A stretch of DNA of 56,254 nt from Patescibacteria group bacterium. Lineage in GTDB: Bacteria > Patescibacteriota > Microgenomatia > UBA10105 > UBA927. The notes below the pieces were generated by a model. The model saw only the letters and a list, made by a program, of their open reading frames with translations, did not search any database and had not been told where the DNA came from. This document shows, piece by piece, positions 1 to 9,804 of this stretch (position 1 is its first letter; the number at the start of each line of letters is the position of its first letter). Position numbers and translations under genes: made by a program. The DNA is taken from NCBI GenBank assembly GCA_038063875.1, contig JBBTUH010000025.1, forward strand, positions 1 to 56,254. The letters run 5' to 3'.

Positions 1-359
1 GGATTAGCCAACCTTTGTACGCCTCCGTTACATTTTTGGAGGCAACCTCCCCAGTTAAACTGCCCATCTGACAGTGTTCTGTTCCGGGATTTTTATGCCG
101 GAATAAGTAAGATTTCCCAATGCCGAAGAGAGGTATTCCATTGTTGTTCGGCTTGCGCCGGACTCCCTCCTATACTCGACAATCAACACTAGGTCCTCAG
201 TGCCAAATTACAGTAAAGCTTCACGGGGTCTTTTTGTCCAAGTGTGGGTAGGCCGCATCTTCACAGCCATTTCAATTTCGCCGGGTAATGGTTCAAGACA
301 GTTGCTATGTCATTCTACCTTTCGTGCGGGTCGGAACTTGCCCGACAAGGAATTTCGCT

Positions 360-953
360 CTACATCACCTTGATGTCTGGACTATATCTTTCCCGATTGA
401 TTAACCAATCGGTTATCTAGCGTGTAGTCTCTGAGGATTCTAGACCCAACAATCGTGTACAAAATACATTAAATTGTTCATTTTTTGTTGTTTGTAGTGG
501 ATATTTTTTGAAAAATGGTATAATTTTGTTTTTCAAATCATCTTGTCTTCGTACACAGTAGCGAAGCAAGTTAAAGTTGTGATTGTCATGTCGGCGATTG
601 ATATAAATCGATCCGCAACCAAAATATGTTTTGATTGCTTCTATAGCAGGTCTACTCCGCTCTCCTTGCGTAACTACAAATTCATATAGAGTTTGATAGC
701 CACTTTTGCAAGTTGCGTTTTTAAATCTACTAACAGAAAAACATCCTTCACCATCGACAAATCCAACGATCCACCACGGATCTAGTCTTTCCTGCTGATT
801 GCCTGCTTGTGTAGCTTTGTCACTATGGTACATATAAACCATAGTAGCACACATATTTCAGGTGTTCCAGCATATAGCTAAATTTTTTCATTCTATTTAT
901 TACGCACGAATGAAGAGGTTTGACTACCCCACTATGGCAGCGCGATATTTTCC
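360..953 (-). ncRNA. Group I intron in 23S rRNA at E. coli-equivalent position 1931
   Basis: Splits CUAUGGU|AGCGAAAU. The exon ends in U and the intron ends in G (360). IGS GCCAUAG (932-938) pairs with exon CUAUGGU with a U-G wobble. Core elements AUGCUGGAA, AAUCAGCAGG (791-800), CAGAGACUAC (~424-433) and AAGAUAUAGUCC (~379-390) are present. Confidence 0.95.
417..854 (-). CDS. Intron-encoded single-motif LAGLIDADG homing endonuclease (start uncertain)
   Basis: WIVGFVDGEGCF motif, FVVTQ, YFGCG, IIPFFKKYPL; lies inside the intron. Confidence 0.93.
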   Translation of the reverse strand: MCATMVYMYHSDKATQAGNQQERLDPWWIVGFVDGEGCFSVSRFKNATCKSGYQTLYEFVVTQGERSRPAIEAIKTYFGCGSIYINRRHDNHNFNLLRYCVRRQDDLKNKIIPFFKKYPLQTTKNEQFNVFCTRLLGLESSETTR

Positions 954-2670
954 ACCATAGAACAGTTATAGTTACTGCTGCCGTTCACCGGAGCTTAAAA
1001 AGCTAGCTTCCTCTTGCGAGGTCACCAACCATTTTTAACTTACCGGCACTGGGCAGGTGTCAGCCCCTATACGTCACCTTTCGGTTTCGCAGAGACCTGT
1101 GTTTTAGTTAAACAGTTGCATAGCATCATTTACTGTGGCCCGCCAATAACGACGGGCAAGGCATCTCCAATAAGTTACGCCTAGCTTTTGTTGCCGAGTT
1201 CCTTGAACCACGATCACCCGCTTACCTTGGCATTCTTGCGCCAGCGCACCTGTGTCGGTTTGCGGTACGGACGATTACATGCTCCTCAACGAGGCTTTTC
1301 TCGAGTACGAAACTATATATGTTGCCCGCAGCTTGCGCCTTGGACTCCCCATCGCTTCTTCAGTTTAAAACGTAAGAACGGATTTACCAATTCCTACTAC
1401 GTGAAAGCTTAGTGGTGTTCCAACCAATATACACATCCCACACTGTCACCCCTTTGAGTCTTAATCAGCACATATTCGGTACTGGAATATCAACCAGTTA
1501 TACATCGAGCTACTCCCGCATCGCGGGACTCGCCTTAGTTCCGACTTACCCGAAGACGACGAACGTTGCTTCGGAAACCTTGCGCATTCGGTAAAAAAGA
1601 TTCTCACTTTCTAACGCTACTCATGCCGGCATTCTCACTTCTGTGCGCTCCACACCGGTTTCCACCGTATGCTTCACTGCACACAGAACGCTCCCCTACC
1701 AAATCAGTATGTATAAATACATACTGAATTCTTTGTCTTCGGCACCATACTTAAGCCTCGATCATTTTCGGCGCCGCGGCTTTCATCCAGTGAGCTGTTA
1801 CGCTTTCTTTAAAAGATGGCTGCTTCTAAGCCAACTTCCTGGGTGTCTTAAAACCACGACTTCCTTTCCCACTGAGTATGGATTTGGAGGCCTTAGACGA
1901 AAATCTGGGGTGTTTCCCTTTAGCCACACGAGCTTAGCCCCGCATGACTGACTGCCTGGATACTGTTGTCTGTATTCGGAGTTTCATAGAAATAACTCAG
2001 TTTCCCTTGACATTTCTTTGAGTGCTCTACCCCAGCAACAATTTATACCAGACGCTATACCTAAATATATTTCGGGGAGAACCAGCTATCTCCGGGTTCG
2101 ATAGGCATATTACCCCTAACCACAAGTCATCTCACAGATTTGTAACTCTGACGAGTTCGGGCCTCCTTCCAGATTTCTCTGGAACTCACCCTGCTCATGG
2201 TTAGCTCACCCGGTTTCGGGTCTATTACCTGCTACGATTGGTCGCCCTGTTAGGACTCGCTTTCGCTTCGGCTCCCCATATCTCTATGGTTAACCTAATG
2301 CAGCAAATAATAACTCACCGGCTCATTCTTCAATAGGCACGCGATCATCCCGCAGAGCGGGACTCTCGCTGTTTGTTAGTCGACAATTTCAGGTACTATT
2401 TCATTCCCCTTCCGGGGTGCTTTTCACCTTTCCCTCACGGTACTCGTTCACTATCGGTGCTAATGTGTATTTAGTCTTGGAGGATGGTTCCCCCAGCTTC
2501 CCACAGGACCTTCGTGTCCCATGGTACTCGGGTACTCTCTAGAGGAAAAAACAATTTCGCATACGGGATTTTCACCCTCTCTGATCTGCCATTCCGGACA
2601 GTTCTGCTATCGTTTTTTCTCTCATATTGAAAGCCCCACAACCCCCGAGATAAATCTCGGGTTTGGACTT

Positions 2671-2704
<34 letters not shown>

Positions 2705-3117
2705 AATTGTTTTATTTTCCTCATCTTACTTAGATGTTTCAGTTCAGATGGTATCCTTCATACCGCTATCTTAATCTTTCGATTATCTTTGCGGCACAAT
2801 AACCTTTACGGTTGGATTGCTCCATTCGGAAACCACCGGATCAAAGGATGTTGACTCCTCCCCGGTGAATATCGCTGCCAACTGCGTCCTTCTTCGGCAC
2901 ACTAGCCCTAGGCATCCATTGTCAACTTGTAGCGTTGCGGAGAACAAAAGATATCTGTCCGACTAAAGTCGAGACAGCTCTTTATTTTCTTCGACGAAAT
3001 GGCCGTCACTAAGAGAGATCACTCCCCCTTACGCGGCAATTACCTACAATTTACACTTATAAAATACTAATAAAAGAGGAATTTCACCTTTTTATTAGTT
3101 GCTCAAAATTATTTTGT

Positions 3118-3128
3118 TGTTAAAGTGC
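3118..3128 (-). promoter_or_regulatory. boxA-like rRNA antitermination element
   Basis: GCACTTTAACA between tRNA-Ala and 23S resembles boxA GCTCTTTAACA. Confidence 0.55.
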
Positions 3129-3204
3129 GACGCGCAAATTCAAGTAAACAGTGAACAGTAAACAATCATATATTTACTCCTCACTATATACTCTTTACTA
3201 AAAG

Positions 3205-3277
3205 TGGACCGTGGGAGATTCGAACTCCCGACCTCAGCATTGCAAATGCTGCGCTCTACCAGCTAAGCTAACGGCCC
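3205..3277 (-). tRNA. tRNA-Ala(UGC), CCA not encoded
   Basis: GGGCCGT/ACGGTCC acceptor stem with G3-U70, anticodon arm CAGCA-TT-TGC-AA-TGCTG, GTTCGAATC T-loop. Confidence 0.97.
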
Positions 3278-3330
3278 TTGACTGGTTTGATTTTTTAGCT
3301 CTCTTAGGTCCCCAATTTCCCTTATTTTCC

Positions 3331-3359
3331 AAAAAAAATCCCCGCCTTTATGCGGGGTT
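3331..3359 (-). terminator. Intrinsic-terminator-like hairpin upstream of tRNA-Ala
   Basis: AACCCCGC-ATAAAG-GCGGGGA followed by T8 on the minus strand. Confidence 0.55.
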
Positions 3360-3507
3360 GTCACAGTCCTCTAGAAAAGAAACTTCAGTCACCACGCAAA
3401 CGGGTCCAAATTACGGTTAGTTTGTCTGATGTGTTGATTCTCATGTATAGAAAAAGTGAGCGCCTCCGCATTCCCCCCATACTAGATATGGGGCAAAGGC
3501 AAATGCT

Positions 3508-3536
3508 ATTGTAGCGCAGACTATTCTCTCGTGCAA
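3508..3536 (-). promoter_or_regulatory. Sigma70-type promoter for the tRNA-Ala/23S unit
   Basis: TTGCAC-17 nt-TACAAT. Confidence 0.7.
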
Positions 3537-3546
3537 GCGGGGAAAA

Positions 3547-4740
3547 TTATTCTTTCACTGCGGTATTATTACGACCTTTAATCCAATTAAATAATATTTT
3601 TCCTCCATCATAGACTTTATTGGTTACCTTCCACGATAGACTATTATTTTTTTGATTATCAACGTCTCTATACGCGCCAATCAACAAGCCGACGGCCACA
3701 TATGCAGCCTTCAAATTTCCTTTACTATATTCGTTAAAAGATTGAAAATTTGACCATCGCGTCCACCCCTGCTCGACTAGTGCCCCAATAACCGGAACTT
3801 GATAAACAATACGAAATACGCTTTCTAAAGTAGGACCGTTTGAAACGTCTTCAATCTTATCTTTAAATCCATAGGTCAATAAATCGTTCAATTTATCTGA
3901 TGCCTCACTCGTAAACCACCCCTTATCTCCGGTAGCCTGTCGCATAATTGTATTCCCTACAGCTGTTATATTTTTATCATTCATAACTTCAAATAATTTT
4001 CCTCCTGCGTTTATATAATCAATCTTAGAATTTAATTTCTTGATTGCTTGCTGCGTCTCATCGCTTACTTCTCCTAAAGGATTAGCTTCTGAAATAGACT
4101 TCATCTGTTCACCCTCTGCTTGTTTATGTTTTGTTTTTAACTCATCCTTTAATGGATTTTTTAATATTTTTTCTATAAGATTTGGTGGCAAACTCGTCAA
4201 AATATCAAGTGCAATATTTGGCACCATGTTGCCTACCATCACCGCAGCGCGCATACCACGTGTTTTCATGTCTCCAATTTCCACCCCACCACGAAAGTCT
4301 TTATCAATCGCCATGATGTGTTCACCAATAGTTTTTGAAGTTGGATTTGTAAACACATCTTTTAATGCATCGAACTTCACAGGCCCGCGCTTTTGTTTAT
4401 ATGGAGATCGATCACCAGTCTGATACATTTCTCTAAAAAATGCCTGCCATTCTGTCGGTTCCGGCTCAGGAGCTTTAGGCGCGACCGCGTCTTTCTCGCC
4501 TTTCAACACAGAGACAACTAAATCTACCCGATCCCAATTGAGCCCATCTGGTTTCTCTCGCTGTAACGCTTCAAAAAATGATTCAGGGATGACAACTGGG
4601 GTTTCTTTTGTAGCTTCCACCTTTTCCTCTTCCCCACTCTTCAATCCCGCCACGACACCGACATTTGGATTGACAGGAGCTCCCACCACCTTCTCCGTGG
4701 CTGGGTATTCGATGCGTGTATAGTGAAATTCTTTACTCAT
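3547..4740 (-). CDS. Hypothetical protein, large paralog family L1 (397 aa)
   Basis: Long ORF; shares RQATG...SEAS and NGPTLESVFRIVYQVPVIG motifs with the ORFs at 4891 and 8545. Confidence 0.85.
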   Translation of the reverse strand: MSKEFHYTRIEYPATEKVVGAPVNPNVGVVAGLKSGEEEKVEATKETPVVIPESFFEALQREKPDGLNWDRVDLVVSVLKGEKDAVAPKAPEPEPTEWQAFFREMYQTGDRSPYKQKRGPVKFDALKDVFTNPTSKTIGEHIMAIDKDFRGGVEIGDMKTRGMRAAVMVGNMVPNIALDILTSLPPNLIEKILKNPLKDELKTKHKQAEGEQMKSISEANPLGEVSDETQQAIKKLNSKIDYINAGGKLFEVMNDKNITAVGNTIMRQATGDKGWFTSEASDKLNDLLTYGFKDKIEDVSNGPTLESVFRIVYQVPVIGALVEQGWTRWSNFQSFNEYSKGNLKAAYVAVGLLIGAYRDVDNQKNNSLSWKVTNKVYDGGKILFNWIKGRNNTAVKE

Positions 4741-4890
4741 AAAAAAAGCCCTCTATTTGGGCATTACAAACGGAAGTATACCAAACAAAGAAGCCTATAG
4801 CAAGAGGTGCGTTGTGTTAAATTCCCTTAGACTCCTCTAAAATCCTCTAACGAAATTTACCCAGTCTTTGAAGCTACTGCAGCCGCAGCC

Positions 4891-5658
4891 TTATTTCATA
4901 ATATTTTTTGCGATATGGTATCCAGTCACTGCTTTTGCAGCGATGGCGTTCCCATATTTAAAATTTGATGAATGCTCAAGCGCGTGGTTTAATTTCTCTT
5001 TCCCCCATGTTACTGCATTGCCTACAAGTGGAACTTGCTCAAAGATACGCACGGACGCTTCTACTGTCACAGGATTGATAAAGTTTTCCATAGGATGTGC
5101 AAGAATTACCCATCCGTTTAACTTTGTGATTGGAGACATTTCTCCTTTTTCATTAGTAATCGGCTTTTTCGAAGTTAAATCTTTTTCAACAAGCCCAAAC
5201 ACCCTACTATTAAGCCATACTTGCGCAATTGCATTCATCCATTCAGAAGCAAATGTTGACGCCTCAGAGGCATACTTCGCGTCTTCAACGCCAGTCGCCT
5301 TACGAAGCCACGAATTCATTAACAAAGAGTATGCGTTATCAGAAACATATTCTTCCGCAAATTTAAAGGCACCAAACGCACCCTTCATTTCCTTAATTTT
5401 TGACTCATTTGTAATTGGATCTTCCTTTAAATCATGCATCCATTTCCCGAAGGTTGCATGTTCTAAATGATGCACCGCATGACTCTCAATCAAATCAACG
5501 GCTAACCCTGCCCCCAATGCTATGGCATTAGCCCCTGCCTTCTCTATGCCCCCAGCTTCACCCTCAATTACTGAAAATTGAACGCCGCGAGGTTTCACAT
5601 CAAATAGTTTTTGATATCGAATTTGCTCTGGAGAAAATGATTGTACTTCTGCTGACAT
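4891..5658 (-). CDS. Hypothetical protein, large paralog family L1
   Basis: RKATG...SEAS and INPVTVEASVRIFEQVPLVG motifs; TGGTATACT -10 box 9 nt before the ATG at 5658. Confidence 0.85.
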   Translation of the reverse strand: MSAEVQSFSPEQIRYQKLFDVKPRGVQFSVIEGEAGGIEKAGANAIALGAGLAVDLIESHAVHHLEHATFGKWMHDLKEDPITNESKIKEMKGAFGAFKFAEEYVSDNAYSLLMNSWLRKATGVEDAKYASEASTFASEWMNAIAQVWLNSRVFGLVEKDLTSKKPITNEKGEMSPITKLNGWVILAHPMENFINPVTVEASVRIFEQVPLVGNAVTWGKEKLNHALEHSSNFKYGNAIAAKAVTGYHIAKNIMK

Positions 5659-5760
5659 AGTTTGGGGAGTATACCACATAAACTATCCTATAGCAAGCGA
5701 CTGTCTTCAGTCGTCCCGAGCGAAGTTGAGAGATCTCTCTATACAATAATGAAGTTATAT

Positions 5761-5810
5761 CCAAGGCTGAGCCTTATTGGGAAATATTTCTAGAAAAGGC
5801 TCAGCCTTGA
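5761..5810. repeat. 50-bp REP-like inverted-repeat element, copy 1
   Basis: caaggctgagcctt...aaggctcagccttg; 46/50 identical to 8418-8467. Confidence 0.85.
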
Positions 5811-5815
5811 AATAC

Positions 5816-6109
5816 TTACTTTGTAGTCAACAGTCCCATTCCCACCACAATCTCTGCAATTGCCTGCTGATTAAGGGTCGCTTCTTCCTCGGTCATACCC
5901 TCAACCATTTCCCCAAGTAACGCCTGCATTTCCTCTTTGCGCTTGGCCATTCGTTTTTCGTATTCACGATCAAATACGTCAATTCCAGCCTCAAGTTTTG
6001 TTTGATCTTCTAAGCTCGCCTCATCAAGCTTCACGAGAAGATCGACCTTCTGTGCATCAGAAAAAAGGCGCGTCGTTTGTATGGTGTTACGAAGCTGCTT
6101 TAAGTTCAT
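5816..6109 (-). CDS. Small acidic helical protein, paralog family S (97 aa)
   Basis: IQTTRLFSDAQK...SLEDQTKLE..ID.FD..Y aligns with 11514-11798; AGGAGG upstream of the ATG at 6109; overlaps the end of the upstream gene. Confidence 0.85.
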   Translation of the reverse strand: MNLKQLRNTIQTTRLFSDAQKVDLLVKLDEASLEDQTKLEAGIDVFDREYEKRMAKRKEEMQALLGEMVEGMTEEEATLNQQAIAEIVVGMGLLTTK

Positions 6110-7190
6110 ATTCCTCCTGTGCCTTTTGGTCAGCACTTTTCCAATTTGATTTTCCGTAGTACACTTTGTCTTTGTTCCCCTGCCACCTACCATCTTTACC
6201 CCGCGAAGTCACGCCGTGCGGGACGAAGTGGGGCATCTCCACTTTCTTTCCCACAATTCCCTTTTCATTTCTCACCTGCCGCACTTCTTTCCAATTCTTT
6301 TTCAATTCTCCAAGTCCACTCCATATCATGTCGACGCCAAGAATAGAGACTGGATTGGATAAATTTAACCCTTTCCGAATAAAATCCTCGATTGGATTTG
6401 CAATAGGCTTATCACCAATATTTTCATATTTTTTAAGCTTATCTTCTATTATCGCTCTTTTTTCCTGAAGTCTTGAGGCCGTTCTTGAAAAATCAGCAGA
6501 TCTATCATTCTCTTTCGATGAACGCGGTTGTTTCGATCCAAGCCAATCTAATTTATCAAATACCTCATCTAATTGCCCTTCATATAGCGCTTTATTTCCC
6601 ATTTTTGCATCATATTGCACTTGTTTTGGTAAATCAGGAGCAAACAATGCTTCTCCTGCATCAATAGCTAACGAAGCGAGTAAATGTTTGGCTTCAGCTT
6701 TTACAAACATTGGCTGAAGTCTAAATCCAAGTATCATATTATAAAATCCGCCGATTGCAAGATCTTGCACCCCTTCTTTTACAAAATACGCAGATCTAGC
6801 CTTCCAATTAAACTTAGAATCTTGTAGCGCAAAATTATTAAGCTTCTCTCCTACGTCTCCACCCATTCTAAATCGCTCAACAAGTTCGCTTTTTCCTTGC
6901 CAAATATTTGTCCAAAGCGCATCAGTTGCTTTTTCCATCCCCGCTCCCACTCCCACATTTACGACACCTCGTGCCGTCCGCATCAGCGCACTGTCCCCAT
7001 CAAACGTATCTTCGGCCATCTTACTTGCAGTATCTATGTCTCGAACAATGTCTGCCAATTTAGTACCGACTTTTTCGACCCACGGTTTTTCTTTCCCTTT
7101 CTCTGAGCCCCTCGCCACACGCTCCGCTATGGGAGGTTGTGCATTGGGTATTGGAGATTGATGTGCCGGTCCTCGTTCATTGTGCACCAT
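6087..7190 (-). CDS. Hypothetical protein, possible divergent L1 member
   Basis: Long ORF with EGVQD..N and LSNPV segments, a central coiled coil and VYYGKS near the C-terminus. Confidence 0.8.
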   Translation of the reverse strand: MVHNERGPAHQSPIPNAQPPIAERVARGSEKGKEKPWVEKVGTKLADIVRDIDTASKMAEDTFDGDSALMRTARGVVNVGVGAGMEKATDALWTNIWQGKSELVERFRMGGDVGEKLNNFALQDSKFNWKARSAYFVKEGVQDLAIGGFYNMILGFRLQPMFVKAEAKHLLASLAIDAGEALFAPDLPKQVQYDAKMGNKALYEGQLDEVFDKLDWLGSKQPRSSKENDRSADFSRTASRLQEKRAIIEDKLKKYENIGDKPIANPIEDFIRKGLNLSNPVSILGVDMIWSGLGELKKNWKEVRQVRNEKGIVGKKVEMPHFVPHGVTSRGKDGRWQGNKDKVYYGKSNWKSADQKAQEEYELKAAS

Positions 7191-7202
7191 ATATGTATTG
7201 CG

Positions 7203-7236
7203 CCCCACGAATCCGCCAACAGGCGAAGAAGTGGTG
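7203..7236. repeat. Nested palindromic element (intergenic)
   Basis: ccccacgaa[tccgccaacaggcgaa]gaagtgg resembles the element at 18781-18815. Confidence 0.6.
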
Positions 7237-7386
7237 CTGCATACTGTGTGAAAGGCAATTTGAATTTCTATGTATGTATCAGAACCGCGCTATCCACTAT
7301 CTACCAGTGTAGATGCTAAAGAAGATAGGGTCAACGCACACCAAGCAATACTTCCTCCAAATCCCCTTAACCTCCTCTAATTTCCC

Positions 7387-7788
7387 TTAAATCGTCAGTA
7401 CCTCTAACCCCTTCACTCGTTTAAAATGCTTTGGATTGCCTGTTACTATAACGGCCCCTGCATTCATGGCCGAAGCGGCAATCAAAATATCCATATCATC
7501 AATTTGCTCCCCTTTTTTTGCTAACTCTGCACAAATATTTCCAGCAATAGCGGCATCTTCTGAGGTAAACGGTAACACCCGTGACAAAGAAGTTAGTAAT
7601 GCATTCATCGCATTTCTCTTTTTTTCAATAATGCGTGCATCGCTTCGCTCAATGCCGCTTGTTAATTCAAAGACACATACCGCACTAGTTATCAACGTTT
7701 CTACTTGATGACGTTGAACAAACGAAGCACTTGGCTCTGTTTTTCGTAACAGATCAATAAGCACCGAGGTATCCAAAAAATATGTCAT
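7387..7788 (-). CDS. vapC: VapC-family PIN domain toxin
   Basis: YFLDTSVLID, FELTSG, DDMDILIAA, TGNPKHF. Confidence 0.92.
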   Translation of the reverse strand: MTYFLDTSVLIDLLRKTEPSASFVQRHQVETLITSAVCVFELTSGIERSDARIIEKKRNAMNALLTSLSRVLPFTSEDAAIAGNICAELAKKGEQIDDMDILIAASAMNAGAVIVTGNPKHFKRVKGLEVLTI

Positions 7789-8042
7789 AGAATAATCCCA
7801 AGATTCTTCTTGTTTTTCCGCTTCAACACTTTCTTCCAAAATGCATCATCATCCAGGTCCGTCCCCTTCCAACCACCAATGGCTTTCATGAGTTGCTGAT
7901 TTTTCACTTCAGGCATAGCTCGGACACTGGCATATGGCCTCCCGTCTCTCGTAAGAATTAACTCATCTATAATAGGAAGCATATCTGCATACATGCCAAA
8001 CTTTCGTATAAAATCACTAATCGGCAATATTTTTATATTCAT
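7785..8042 (-). CDS. Antitoxin (Phd/YefM-like N-terminus)
   Basis: ISDF..K, LILTRDGRPYA; 4-nt overlap with the PIN gene. Confidence 0.75.
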   Translation of the reverse strand: MNIKILPISDFIRKFGMYADMLPIIDELILTRDGRPYASVRAMPEVKNQQLMKAIGGWKGTDLDDDAFWKKVLKRKNKKNLGIIL

Positions 8043-8078
8043 ACCCCTATGCTAGAGCCTTGATATGTATTTTGTCAA

Positions 8079-8118
8079 GTATTAGAATATGTATTAGAAT
8101 ATGTATTAGAATATGTAT
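8079..8118. repeat. 12-bp tandem repeat (gtattagaatat) x3.3
   Basis: Read directly; abuts the TA -35 box (8073-8078) and contains the stop codon of 8106-8408. Confidence 0.9.
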
Positions 8119-8408
8119 ACAAACTTTCCAATCTGCTCTCTCGCTTTGGCGAGTAGCTCTTTTTTCTTTTCTTCCCCCACCCCATCTGTTTCCAATTCAT
8201 ATTCTAAATTTTTATACACCTCTTCCAACTTTTCTCTCAAATACTCCTGCCGAGCGTTCGAATGCTCATCAAACGTCTCAAGTAATGCACTCACTTTCTC
8301 CTTATACTCCTCCGGCAACGCATCAACTACAGCCACCAAATCCCGCTTTTCTTCAGTATTTAGCGCCCGACTATGTTCTACTACTTTTGTAAAATTCCTA
8401 GCTTTCAT
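8106..8408 (-). CDS. Small acidic helical protein, family S (100 aa)
   Basis: VEHSRALNTEEKRDL...LPEE...LETFDE aligns with the other S proteins. Confidence 0.85.
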   Translation of the reverse strand: MKARNFTKVVEHSRALNTEEKRDLVAVVDALPEEYKEKVSALLETFDEHSNARQEYLREKLEEVYKNLEYELETDGVGEEKKKELLAKAREQIGKFVYIF

Positions 8409-8417
8409 ATGTATTTA

Positions 8418-8467
8418 CCAAGGCTAAGCCTTGTTGGGCAATATTTCTAGAAAAGGCTTAGCCTTGA
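8418..8467. repeat. 50-bp REP-like inverted-repeat element, copy 2
   Basis: caaggctaagcctt...aaggcttagccttg. Confidence 0.85.
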
Positions 8468-8544
8468 TCGTATTGTTTATATCATCATGCTAACACGTTA
8501 ATACGCATCTATTTTTAATCAAAAAATGATCTATGTGGATCATT

Positions 8545-9477
8545 CTAAAAACTTGTCGACAGTGACGACGTCCCACTAGCTGGCTTTGTAGTTCCCACCG
8601 GCAAATACCCAAATTTCGTATAAAGCATCCGCGCCACCGTAAGATACGAAAGATACAATCCTCCATCTTGGTTTTTCAATTTATCATTGAGCGCGGTATA
8701 TATCTTTTCAACCCCTGCACCAAAGACAGGGATCGCTGCCATGCTTCGCAGTGATCCTTCGATAAATCCCGGATTTATCATAGAGCTAAATATCTTTCTG
8801 TGCAGTGGCCCACCTGCCGTATTCCACCCACCTATGGCAGTTGCCAGATTCCCCATTTCACTTATCGTATTGGCCAGTTGCGACGGATACCGCACGTCCG
8901 TCTCGTGCGTCAATCCTTTCACCGCCACATTGGCACCATACCCTACTATTTTATCCGCCGCAAATTCCAAACCGTCTCGTAATACATATCTATTCTCATC
9001 GGATAATTCTATAAGTGTTTTTTTAAAAATCGGATCTTTTATTTCTTTTTTTCCATCATGCAAAAATCTATCCACTCCACTATCTGCCACATAATCTATC
9101 GCAAACGAACCGCCTTGGATCAGGCCATTCATAAACACACGGCCCAATCGGTGTGGTACATCTTTCCCACGCCATGCAAAATCCACTTCACGTACCAGTC
9201 GCTTCCAATCTTTGTGCGTTTCAAACGCTTCCCACGGCTTCATTTTTTTCGCAAGTTCCGCGCCGGTGAGAAGTGTCAATTCTCCTTGCACTGCCGCCTG
9301 TTCCCCTATTTCTTGATACAGCACGGGCTCTGCCACATCAAAGACTTCTTTTAAGAATTGCGTATATTTTTTCTCCGAAGGATCTATCTCTTTTTTCGGC
9401 ACCATCGGCACGTAGCGCGCTTCCCCCACGAGAATTTGTTTTCTCCCTATTGCCTGTTGCATCCCTACTTCAGCCAT
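8545..9477 (-). CDS. Hypothetical protein, large paralog family L1
   Basis: EFAADK..N..KGLTH and INPGFIEGSLRSMAAIPVFG motifs; ATG lies 1 nt after the upstream stop. Confidence 0.85.
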   Translation of the reverse strand: MAEVGMQQAIGRKQILVGEARYVPMVPKKEIDPSEKKYTQFLKEVFDVAEPVLYQEIGEQAAVQGELTLLTGAELAKKMKPWEAFETHKDWKRLVREVDFAWRGKDVPHRLGRVFMNGLIQGGSFAIDYVADSGVDRFLHDGKKEIKDPIFKKTLIELSDENRYVLRDGLEFAADKIVGYGANVAVKGLTHETDVRYPSQLANTISEMGNLATAIGGWNTAGGPLHRKIFSSMINPGFIEGSLRSMAAIPVFGAGVEKIYTALNDKLKNQDGGLYLSYLTVARMLYTKFGYLPVGTTKPASGTSSLSTSF

Positions 9478-9478
9478 A

Positions 9479-9766
9479 TTACACGGGTTTTCCAATGCCA
9501 ATATACACTTTATTATCATCTATGGGCATCTCAATCTTCTCTCCCACTATCTCACTCAGCACACTCTCCACTCCTTTTTGTATATCCTCTGGGAATTCCT
9601 CCCGTATTTTTTCTTCGGCGGCTAGAAATGCACCCAGTGCATCAATTTGCTCTTCCGAAAGCCGCGGGAATTCATCGATGATATCCAATTTTTGCTCATA
9701 AGAAAGTAAAATACTGTCTTCTATGAGTATCATCAATGCATTCTGCTTATCTTTCATTGTTTTCAT
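9479..9766 (-). CDS. Small acidic helical protein, family S (95 aa)
   Basis: IEDSILLSYEQKLDII...LSEEQIDAL; C-terminal VYIGIGKP motif. Confidence 0.82.
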   Translation of the reverse strand: MKTMKDKQNALMILIEDSILLSYEQKLDIIDEFPRLSEEQIDALGAFLAAEEKIREEFPEDIQKGVESVLSEIVGEKIEMPIDDNKVYIGIGKPV

Positions 9767-9804
9767 ATTTCCCCAATCTCCCTTAGTTCCCCTATCACCC
9801 CTTC

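Noticed and set aside
8079-8118. Possible CRISPR array
   Set aside because: Contiguous 12-bp units with no spacers and no cas genes; no CRISPR array seen anywhere in the window.
3547-9477. Diversity-generating retroelement TR/VR pair
   Set aside because: No reverse transcriptase and no near-identical nucleotide repeats with A-specific mismatches noticed.
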